In this document: in pieces, positions 16,750-25,613 of the stretch | Layout: every line of letters begins with the position of its first letter | Position numbering within the stretch: the first letter of the stretch is position 1 | Assembly (NCBI GenBank): GCA_039815185.1 | Contig: JBCBZT010000079.1 | Coordinates: 1-25,613 of the forward strand | DNA length: 25,613 nucleotides | Source of the DNA: Cyanobacteria bacterium P01_A01_bin.123 | GTDB taxonomy: Bacteria; Cyanobacteriota; Cyanobacteriia; Phormidesmidales; Phormidesmidaceae | Reading direction: 5' to 3' | Notes under the pieces: generated by a model | Seen by the model: only the letters and a program-made list of their open reading frames with translations | Told to the model about the DNA's origin: nothing | Databases searched by the model: none | Position numbers and translations under genes: made by a program

Positions 16750-18378
16750 ATGAAAATTGCGCTCTGGCCTTTGGGAGCCTTGCTGTTGGGGCAAATGTTG
16801 GTCGGCTGTGGTTCCAGTTCATCCGAATCAACAGATGTTTCGGAATCTCCTACGCCTCCAGCTCAGGGAGATTTGGCTGAGCAGATTGTGCTGGCAATCG
16901 GCGGCGAAAGTGAGGAAGGCTATGACCCAACTCTGGGCTGGGGGCGCTATGGATCGCCCCTGTTTCAAAGCACTTTACTCAAGCGGGATGAGAACCTCAA
17001 TCTCGTTAATGACCTGGCGACGGACTATACCGTGAGTGAAGACGGGCTGACCTGGACGGTGATGATTCGCGATGATGCGGTCTTCTCCGATGGCGAACCC
17101 CTAACGGCATCGGATGTGGCCTACACCTTTAACCAGGCAGCCGAAAGCGGGGGGCTGACGGACGTGACCGTTTTGGAAGAAGCAGTTGCGATAGATGACA
17201 CAACTGTTGAATTGCGCTTAAAGGAACCCCAAAGCACTTTTGTCAATCGCCTGATCACCCTGGGAATTGTGCCAGAACATGCCCACGGTCCAGACTATGC
17301 CCGCAATCCTATTGGTTCTGGTCCCTATCAAATGGTGCAGTGGGATGAAGGACAGCAATTGATTGTCGAGGCCAACCCGAATTACTACGGTGAGGCTCCC
17401 GGCATCGATCGCCTCGTCTTTCTATTTGTGGAAGAGGATGCTGCCTTCGCGGCTGCCAAAGCTGGCGAAGCCCAGGTGGCGAGTGTTCCCCAAGCGTTAG
17501 CAGTGCAAGACATTGAGGGGATGAGGCTCTACGACATCACGAGCGTCGATAACCGGGGGCTGATGTTTCCTTACGTTCCAGCCATGGAAGCCACGACGCC
17601 GGATGGTAACCCCATCGGCAATGATGTAACGGCAGATCCGGCCATTCGACAAGCGGTGAATTATGCCATCGATCGCCAAACTCTGGTAGAAGGTGTCCTC
17701 GAAGGCTATGGCTCAGTTGCCTATGGCCCCGTTAGTGGACTCGCCTGGGAAGAACCGAGCGCGGCGATTGAAGATGCCCAGCCTGATGAAGCCCAAGAAA
17801 TTCTAGCGGCTAGCGGCTGGACGGATAGCGATGGTGATGGGGTATTAGAGAAAGACGGTCTCACGGCTGAGTTCACCATTCTCTATCCTGCCAACGACAG
17901 TACCCGACAAGCGCTCGCCCTATCGGTAGCGGAGATGCTGAAGCCCATTGGCATTCAGGCGAATGTTGAGGGCAAAAGCTGGGATGAGATTGAGCCAGCT
18001 ATGCACAGCAACGTGGTGGTGTTTGGCTGGGGCAGCCACGACCAGACCGAGATGTACAACCTCTACCATAGTCAAGCGGCCCAGGGTGATTTCTACAACG
18101 CAGGCTACTATGCCAACCAAACCATTGACGAAACGCTAGATCTGGCGATGGGGGCACCTTCTGAGGCAGAAGCGATCGCTTTCTGGAAAGCGGCCCAGTG
18201 GGATGGCAAAACTGGCTTTACCGCTAAGGGCGATGCGGCTTGGGCCTGGCTAGTGAATTTGGATCACACCTACTTCGTGAGCGACTGTCTGGATATTGGC
18301 GAACCCCAAGTAGAACCCCACGGCCACGGCTGGCCGATCACGGCCAATATCGCCGAGTGGGAGTGGACATGCAACTAA
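16750..18378 (+). CDS. ABC substrate-binding lipoprotein, family 5 (OppA/DppA/NikA-like)
   Basis: Lipobox LVGC, FSDGEPLTASDVAYT, PIGSGPY, IRQAVNYAIDR and C-terminal EPHGHGWP. Confidence 0.92.
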   Translation: MKIALWPLGALLLGQMLVGCGSSSSESTDVSESPTPPAQGDLAEQIVLAIGGESEEGYDPTLGWGRYGSPLFQSTLLKRDENLNLVNDLATDYTVSEDGLTWTVMIRDDAVFSDGEPLTASDVAYTFNQAAESGGLTDVTVLEEAVAIDDTTVELRLKEPQSTFVNRLITLGIVPEHAHGPDYARNPIGSGPYQMVQWDEGQQLIVEANPNYYGEAPGIDRLVFLFVEEDAAFAAAKAGEAQVASVPQALAVQDIEGMRLYDITSVDNRGLMFPYVPAMEATTPDGNPIGNDVTADPAIRQAVNYAIDRQTLVEGVLEGYGSVAYGPVSGLAWEEPSAAIEDAQPDEAQEILAASGWTDSDGDGVLEKDGLTAEFTILYPANDSTRQALALSVAEMLKPIGIQANVEGKSWDEIEPAMHSNVVVFGWGSHDQTEMYNLYHSQAAQGDFYNAGYYANQTIDETLDLAMGAPSEAEAIAFWKAAQWDGKTGFTAKGDAAWAWLVNLDHTYFVSDCLDIGEPQVEPHGHGWPITANIAEWEWTCN

Positions 18379-19364
18379 GGCCGATAGCGACCTTTGCGGC
18401 CCAAAAGCTACTGCGACTGGGACTCTTGCTGCTGGCGGTAGCAATATTTACCTTTGTGTTGCTGAGCCTGTCGCCCATTAATCCGGTGCAGGCTTATATC
18501 GGCGCTGACATGATGCAGATTAGCCCAGAGCAGCGGCAGCTGATCGCCGAACGGTGGGGGCTAGATCAGTCGATGATTGTCCGGTTTTGGGATTGGCTGG
18601 GGCAGCTCATACAGGGCAACTGGGGCACCTCGATGGTGTTTAACCAGCCGGTGAGCGAGGTGATCGCGACTCGGTTTTGGGTGTCGCTGCAAATGCTGGC
18701 GATCGCCTGGTTGCTCTCCGGTATCCTCGGCTTGGGACTTGGCATTTTGTCAGGGGCACTGTCAGGCACTTGGATTGACCGCGTTATTCGTCTCTATGCC
18801 TACACCCTGGCTTCCTCTCCCACGTTTTGGGTGGCACTGCTGTTGTTGATCGTTTTTTCAGTTTCGCTAAAAGTGACACCCATCTGCTGTGCTGCGCCTC
18901 CTGGTGTGCTGGCGGCAGAGGTGACCGTCTGGCAGCACCTCCACCATCTGCTGCTGCCTGCTATCGCCCTCAGCATCATCGGGATTGCCAATATTGCCCT
19001 GCACACCCGACAAAAGTTGATAGATGTGTTGCACAGCGACTATATCTTGTTCGCCCGAGCCCAGGGCGAACCCCTCTGGGGGGTTATTCGGCATCATGGA
19101 CTGCGCAACCTGATTTTGCCAGCCTTGACGCTGCAATTTGCCTCCCTAAGTGAGCTGTTTGGAGGGTCTGTGCTGGTGGAGCAGGTGTTTGCCTATCCCG
19201 GTTTGGGCGAAGCCACGGTGCAGGCTGCTTTGCGGAGTGATATCCCGCTGTTGGTGGGCATCGTGTTTTTCAGTGCTCTCTTCGTTTACACCGGCAACAC
19301 GTTAGCTGATTTGGCCTATCCCATCGTTGATCCCCGCATTCGTTTAGGAGGTTGGCAGTCGTGA
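18369..19364 (+). CDS. ABC permease (DppB/OppB/NikB-like)
   Basis: ATG at 18369 overlaps the end of the SBP gene. WGLDQ, GNWGTS, EAA loop DYILFARAQG and VEQVFAYPGLG. Confidence 0.92.
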   Translation: MQLRPIATFAAQKLLRLGLLLLAVAIFTFVLLSLSPINPVQAYIGADMMQISPEQRQLIAERWGLDQSMIVRFWDWLGQLIQGNWGTSMVFNQPVSEVIATRFWVSLQMLAIAWLLSGILGLGLGILSGALSGTWIDRVIRLYAYTLASSPTFWVALLLLIVFSVSLKVTPICCAAPPGVLAAEVTVWQHLHHLLLPAIALSIIGIANIALHTRQKLIDVLHSDYILFARAQGEPLWGVIRHHGLRNLILPALTLQFASLSELFGGSVLVEQVFAYPGLGEATVQAALRSDIPLLVGIVFFSALFVYTGNTLADLAYPIVDPRIRLGGWQS

Positions 19365-20221
19365 CCGTGACGACGTCTACTGCTCAACTCACTGCGAAAC
19401 TTCGCAGCAACCGCCGACAGCAGACGCTTTGGGGAATTGCTCTCTGTGCGCTATTTTTGCTGGCGATCATCTTGAGTACCTGGGTGATTGGCGATGGTGG
19501 TCTCGGTCCTGTGCTGGTTCAGCGCAACCAGCCACCCTCTCTGACTCACCCCTTTGGAACAGATTGGCTGGGACGAGATATGCTCAGCCGTTCTCTTCAT
19601 GGCATGTCCTTGAGTTTGCAAATCGGCCTGCTCGCAGCCGCTATCAGCGCTTTGATTGGCACTGGACTGGGGTTGGCGGCGGGGACTCTGGGCGGCTGGG
19701 TCGATGCCATAGTGACCTGGATTATCGACGTCTTCTTCAGTCTGCCGCATCTGGTACTGCTGATTTTGATTGCTTTTGCGGCGGGTGGCGGCACGACCGG
19801 CGTCATTATTGCTGTGGCCCTGACTCATTGGACTAGCCTAGCTCGGGTGATTCGTGCCGAGGTGCTACAGGTTAACAGCTCTGATTACGTGAAACTCTCC
19901 TACCGCTTTGGCAGATCGCCCGTCTGGGTCGCTCGTCACCACATGGTGCCCCACATCATTCCGCAACTGCTAGTGGGATTGATTCTGTTGTTTCCCCACG
20001 CCATCCTGCACGAGGCCGCGCTGTCGTTTATTGGGATTGGTCTATCGCCGCATATTCCAGCAATCGGGATTATCCTGGCGGAATCCATGCGTCACCTCTC
20101 GACGGGTTACTGGTGGTTGGGCGTGATGCCGGGGCTGCTGCTGTTGCTCTCCGTCAAAGCGTTTGACTGGCTGGGGGAAAACGTGCGATCGCTGCTCGAC
20201 CCAAAGACGAGTCAGGGGTAG
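19361..20221 (+). CDS. ABC permease (DppC/OppC/NikC-like)
   Basis: GTG at 19361 after AGGAGG, overlapping the previous stop. HPFGTDWLGRD and EAALSFIGIG. Confidence 0.92.
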   Translation: MTVTTSTAQLTAKLRSNRRQQTLWGIALCALFLLAIILSTWVIGDGGLGPVLVQRNQPPSLTHPFGTDWLGRDMLSRSLHGMSLSLQIGLLAAAISALIGTGLGLAAGTLGGWVDAIVTWIIDVFFSLPHLVLLILIAFAAGGGTTGVIIAVALTHWTSLARVIRAEVLQVNSSDYVKLSYRFGRSPVWVARHHMVPHIIPQLLVGLILLFPHAILHEAALSFIGIGLSPHIPAIGIILAESMRHLSTGYWWLGVMPGLLLLLSVKAFDWLGENVRSLLDPKTSQG

Positions 20222-20223
20222 CC

Positions 20224-21153
20224 ATGCTCACCATCTCCAATCTCGGCATCACCTTCACCCAATATGAGCAAGGACTGCGCCGTAAGCAGTTAACCGTGAT
20301 TACTGACCTGGATTTGACCGTCCAGGCGGGTGAACTGGTGGCGGTGGTGGGCGCGAGTGGTTCCGGAAAAAGTCTCTTGGCCCATGCACTGTTGGGGATA
20401 TTGCCAGAGAACGCTCAGTTATCCGGGACGATTGAATTTCAGGGGAAGCCGCTGACCCAAAAGCGGTGTGAGACATTGCGCGGCAAGGCGATCGCGCTCA
20501 TCCCCCAGTCCATTGGCTACCTAGATCCGTTAATGTCGGTGGGGCGACAGGTGCAGCGGGTCGGGCAACTCAACGGCTTACCGTCGGGCTCTGCAACAAC
20601 TTTGATGAAGCGCACCTTTGCTCGTTACGATTTGCCTGCTTATACGCCAAAGCGCTACCCGTTCCAGCTCTCTGGCGGCATGGCGCGGCGGGTGTTGGTA
20701 TCTACCGCAGTGGTGACCCAAGCCCAGCTGGTAATTGCCGATGAACCTACACCAGGATTACATCCTGATGTGGTCACTGAAACCCTAGACCATCTGCGAG
20801 AACTGGCTGAGGAGGGACGGGGCGTGATCCTGATTACCCACGATATTGAAGCGGCATTGCAGGTCGCCGATCGCGTGGCCGTCTTCTATGCCGGAACTAC
20901 GGTCGAAATCGCTGACGCTAGGGATTTCGGGACTGGAAATTTGCGTCATCCCTACACTCAGGCGCTTTGGCGATCGCTGCCCCAAAACGACTTTGTGCCG
21001 GTGCCGGGAAATCAGCCCAGTCCTGAAAATTTGCCATCAGGGTGCCTGTATAGCGATCGCTGTCCTTGGGTTACTGCCGAATGCGAACAGGCGCGTCCAG
21101 AACGACAGTTGGTTCGTCAAGGTTGGGTGAGGTGCATTCATGCTGAAGGGTGA
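20224..21153 (+). CDS. ABC ATPase (DppD/OppD-like)
   Basis: GASGSGKS, LSGGM, ADEPT, THD and C-terminal HPYT...GC...RC...C...C motif. Confidence 0.95.
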   Translation: MLTISNLGITFTQYEQGLRRKQLTVITDLDLTVQAGELVAVVGASGSGKSLLAHALLGILPENAQLSGTIEFQGKPLTQKRCETLRGKAIALIPQSIGYLDPLMSVGRQVQRVGQLNGLPSGSATTLMKRTFARYDLPAYTPKRYPFQLSGGMARRVLVSTAVVTQAQLVIADEPTPGLHPDVVTETLDHLRELAEEGRGVILITHDIEAALQVADRVAVFYAGTTVEIADARDFGTGNLRHPYTQALWRSLPQNDFVPVPGNQPSPENLPSGCLYSDRCPWVTAECEQARPERQLVRQGWVRCIHAEG

Positions 21154-21772
21154 AGGGCTCTGGTTTCGCTACGGTTCAAAGCTGCCGTGGGTAGTACAAG
21201 ACCAAGCGATCGCAATTATGCCTGGGGAAATTGTTGGCCTGATGGCCCCTTCTGGCTATGGCAAAACGACGCTTGGAAAACTGCTGGCTGGCTATCTGAT
21301 CCCGACTCAGGGGCGCGTCACGCTAGATGAACAACCGCTCTCCAGCCGAGGCTATTGCCCCGTGCAGCTCGTTTTTCAAAACCCCGAACTGTCGGTTAAT
21401 CCCCGCTGGCGTATTGACCGCATTCTGCGGGAAGGACATCCGCCGCAACAGCACATCCTCGATGCCCTCGGCATTCATCCCGGCTGGTTGTCGCGCTATC
21501 CCCATGAGTTAAGCGGTGGAGAATTGCAACGAGTGGCGATCGCCCGCGTCCTTAACCGCAACACCCGCTACCTGATTGCGGATGAAATGACCGCCATGTT
21601 GGATGCCAATACCCAGGCGTTAATCTGGCAGGTGGTCTTGGAATTTGCTCGTCATTATCACGTTGGGGTGATTGCGATTAGCCACGATCACCCCTTGCTC
21701 TCGCGAATTTGTCAGGGACATACCATCAAACAATTGACCGATAGCAAGTCCGTTTCCCTGACCAAAGCTTAG
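21140..21772 (+). CDS. ABC ATPase (DppF/NikE-like)
   Basis: APSGYGKT, LSGGE, ADEMT and SHD. Confidence 0.93.
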   Translation: MLKGEGLWFRYGSKLPWVVQDQAIAIMPGEIVGLMAPSGYGKTTLGKLLAGYLIPTQGRVTLDEQPLSSRGYCPVQLVFQNPELSVNPRWRIDRILREGHPPQQHILDALGIHPGWLSRYPHELSGGELQRVAIARVLNRNTRYLIADEMTAMLDANTQALIWQVVLEFARHYHVGVIAISHDHPLLSRICQGHTIKQLTDSKSVSLTKA

Positions 21773-22060
21773 AGCTGTATAACAGGGCCTGTCTATGGCA
21801 TAGATATTGACGTAAAAATTCTAGTCAGAATCGTGCTCTCGTCCCCGCTTAGGTCCACCGGCCCAGAGCGGCGGCCCTTTAGGCTCACGAATCGTCCAGC
21901 CGCAAATAGTGTGCCGAACGCCGCGATCACCCGAAAGGATTTCATGGAAGGATGTCTCTACAGCGGATAGATTTTGATTGAAGGAGGCAATGGGACGGAA
22001 TCCAATCCTCTCAATGAAAAAGCTTTTTGCTATAGACTATACTCGATTCTGCCAGCCCTT

Positions 22061-23023
22061 TTATTCCCCTTGAGATGTAGTATCTACAGCTAGAAAATGC
22101 TGAATCTGCTCTGCCACAGTGTCCCCATATTCCTCTGCTTGGCCTAAGGTGCCGGGTAAACGGGTGGACTGCACCCCAGGAAGCGCCACCATCGCCTCCA
22201 TTTCCGCTTTAGATGCGGGGGGAGCCTGCTCTGCCACAACGACCATCACCGGACAGGTAAGTGACTCGATGGATTGCAGAAAAGCCTCCCGACTCGGCAC
22301 CGGGTCGAGCCCGCCTGTGACAAAAGCAGCTGGGGCATAGCGAGCTCCGGGCTGCTGGGTGCTTTCGTGACGCTGCTGAATGTAGTCTGGCGTCAGGCGC
22401 TGTTCATCCACGAAGACATGGCGACGATACATCCACTTGAGAAAGGCCGGTTGGGTATTGAGTCCGTAAAGGGCTTGCCCCAGAAGGGGAGTTCTCACCA
22501 GTTCCTTGACACCCGTTCGCACGGTTGGGGGGACTCCCATGACTGCTAGCGGGCCACGCCAGGTTGGTGCGACCAGCACCAGTTTTCGGCAGGTAGTCGT
22601 TTGATTCGCTACGTTCAGCGTATAGCCAGCGGCATGGCCAGCGGCGACAATGGCGATCGGTGTCTCGAAAGTCGCGACCACAAAGTCCTGCAAAAACTGG
22701 GTATAAAGCGCTGGGCCATAATCCAGGGGAAGGCGATCAGATTCCCCAAAGCCGGGCCAGTCGAGGGCCGTGACTTGAAAATGCGGCGCTAACCCCGCCG
22801 CCAAATCCTTCAGTTCTGCCCGATTCGAGACGGTGCTAAAGGCCGGTAGCAGCAGCACTGGCTCCCCTTCGCCCACCGTTTCGTAGGTCACCGTCAGGGA
22901 TTGACTGTGCCATTGCCAGTCATAGGTTTGGGCGGTGCCGCCGAGCTGAGATTGCCGAGGAGATAGGGTGCGATGGTCGAAGACCGGCCCCAAAGGGCCA
23001 TCGCGCTCTAGTGTTCTGGCCAT
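22061..23023 (-). CDS. Alpha/beta hydrolase fold protein with non-canonical nucleophile elbow
   Basis: VLLLPAFST, ALDWPGFGES, AAGHAAG and LVLVAP. RBS AGAGG. Confidence 0.85.
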   Translation of the reverse strand: MARTLERDGPLGPVFDHRTLSPRQSQLGGTAQTYDWQWHSQSLTVTYETVGEGEPVLLLPAFSTVSNRAELKDLAAGLAPHFQVTALDWPGFGESDRLPLDYGPALYTQFLQDFVVATFETPIAIVAAGHAAGYTLNVANQTTTCRKLVLVAPTWRGPLAVMGVPPTVRTGVKELVRTPLLGQALYGLNTQPAFLKWMYRRHVFVDEQRLTPDYIQQRHESTQQPGARYAPAAFVTGGLDPVPSREAFLQSIESLTCPVMVVVAEQAPPASKAEMEAMVALPGVQSTRLPGTLGQAEEYGDTVAEQIQHFLAVDTTSQGE

Positions 23024-23296
23024 AATGATCCCTCTTTGCGGGTAGCGTTATCCGTTGCTTCTAATGCTTCTAATAGTAAAAAATCCCGGTCGTTAATCAA
23101 AATTTTTTGAAAGGAGCACGCTTCCCATTTTCCCTGTAATGCAGTTTGTTTGGCCAGGCACTGGCAAATCTGACCCGGCAGCAAACAAAAGTAACAACGG
23201 GGTCAGTTGGTGACGGTGGCGGCTCGGTTGCCGATACGTGCCATCCGACAAAGGCAGAATGCAACATTCCAGAAAGTTCATCGCATCGTTCATCCC

Positions 23297-24787
<1,491 letters not shown>

Positions 24788-24822
24788 GATAATCGCTCGA
24801 AAGTAAATTAATTCTAAAATTC

Positions 24823-24841
24823 AAGAACGATAATCATTCTT
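24823..24841. promoter_or_regulatory. Zur/Fur-type box
   Basis: AAGAA-CGATAATCA-TTCTT inverted repeat, similar to the boxes at 16540 and 24354, about 50 bp upstream of ATG 24895. Confidence 0.7.
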
Positions 24842-24894
24842 TTCCATATCATCAAGGCCGAATAATTTACAGTCGTAAACGGCGAGGCAATTTT

Positions 24895-25287
24895 ATGTCT
24901 TTGAACGTGAGTGCATCTTTAATTCAACAGGCTGAAGCTGACCAAATTGACCCAGATGCTTTTGTCGAAAGTGTTCGAGAGTCGCTGCCCTATGCCTGGA
25001 ATATTGCGGAAAAGCTAGCGCACAGCATCCATCAAGAGGGTATGGAGTGGGACAACTATGCGGTTGCCCCGCCCAGTGAACAGGCACGGGGGCAGCTGTT
25101 GCGAATGATCGGTGGAGATGCCATTCGAGGGGCGGTTGAAGGGCACTTTGAAGTAAAGTTGGCGTTTCAAAATTGCCATAATCTAGCGGCTTTTCGGCGC
25201 GATCGCCTCGATTCCAAGGCTTATCGTGAGTTCGTTTCAATCAGAAGTCAGGTTCTCAACCAGACTCCTGAAATGAGAGACTGCTAA
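24895..25287 (+). CDS. SCO5389-family-like protein
   Basis: MSL.VS..L...AE, SLPYAW, PP.EQARGQLLR, DAIRGA, LAFQNCH and terminal LNQ.PE.RDC match my recollection of the Streptomyces SCO5389 family. RBS GAGG. Confidence 0.8.
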   Translation: MSLNVSASLIQQAEADQIDPDAFVESVRESLPYAWNIAEKLAHSIHQEGMEWDNYAVAPPSEQARGQLLRMIGGDAIRGAVEGHFEVKLAFQNCHNLAAFRRDRLDSKAYREFVSIRSQVLNQTPEMRDC

Positions 25288-25293
25288 ACCACG

Positions 25294-25334
25294 GCAGGGG
25301 AGGTTAGAACTGAGACGGATCTCATTTCCCCTGC
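25294..25334. terminator. Stem-loop after the SCO5389-like gene
   Basis: GCAGGGGA / TCCCCTGC outer stem with inner TGAGA-CGGA-TCTCA. The T tract is weak. Confidence 0.35.
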
Positions 25335-25613
25335 TTCAAGACGGCGACTTCCGGCAAAGTAAGATCATTAGCATTACATCCCTTAAGCTTTTGTCTCAAC
25401 TTTTGGAGAGCTAACGTCGAGGATAAACAGTTTTGGCGAGTGATGCGAGCCAAAATCTGGTTCATCCGCTGCTTATCTGCTCTTGTCCAACCTCTTGAAA
25501 TACACTAACTCCGGATCGCCTTCATCAAGATTGTTGATGATACCACTGGGGATGTAGCGTAATTTTGCCATCAAAGCCTGCATAAGCAAATTGGACTCGT
25601 TCGTCGAGGTGAA

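Noticed and set aside
18240..18368. Longer start for the first permease
   Set aside because: It overlaps the SBP gene extensively. ATG 18369 gives normal translational coupling.
21780..22050. GC-rich intergenic stretch as ncRNA or small ORF
   Set aside because: No recognisable RNA motif or protein similarity by eye.
23157..23242. c-di-GMP-I riboswitch on the plus strand (GGCAAA...GCAAA...GGTTGCC)
   Set aside because: It lacks the GNRA tetraloop and receptor, and there is no downstream plus-strand gene.
25322..25613. 3' end of a minus-strand gene at the window edge
   Set aside because: Coding-like pieces (HLDERVQFAYAGFDG...; GWTRADKQRMNQIL...) lie in different frames with stops. It may be a pseudogene but I cannot identify it.

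Overview
Cyanobacterial DNA (many HIP1 GCGATCGC octamers) from an accessory region. The left end is a junction between integrative elements. It holds an excisionase-like gene, a CHAT remnant, the 3' half of tRNA-Thr(UGU) (an att site) flanked by two different sets of 11-bp-period arm-like repeats, and a collapsed integrase plus TOPRIM/DUF3987 primase element. The middle is mosaic cargo: a LuxR pseudogene, a DJ-1/PfpI gene, AraC, a NarL-type two-component pair, DUF4278, a SnoaL/pathogen-related protein, a Rieske oxygenase, an AT-rich pair of a divergent TrpA-like gene and an unknown gene, and a symporter fragment. The right ~11 kb looks like a self-contained zinc-starvation module with three Zur-type boxes. 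It contains a COG0523 GTPase, a WD40 protein, a broken ZnuB/MntB permease, a five-gene Opp/Nik-type ABC importer, an alpha/beta hydrolase, a Zn-independent HemB, a Zur-like regulator and a protein resembling the actinobacterial SCO5389 family. Three 24-27 nt dispersed elements are visible, one of which exactly splits a HIP1 site inside a gene. All family calls come from motif recognition by eye; no searches were run.
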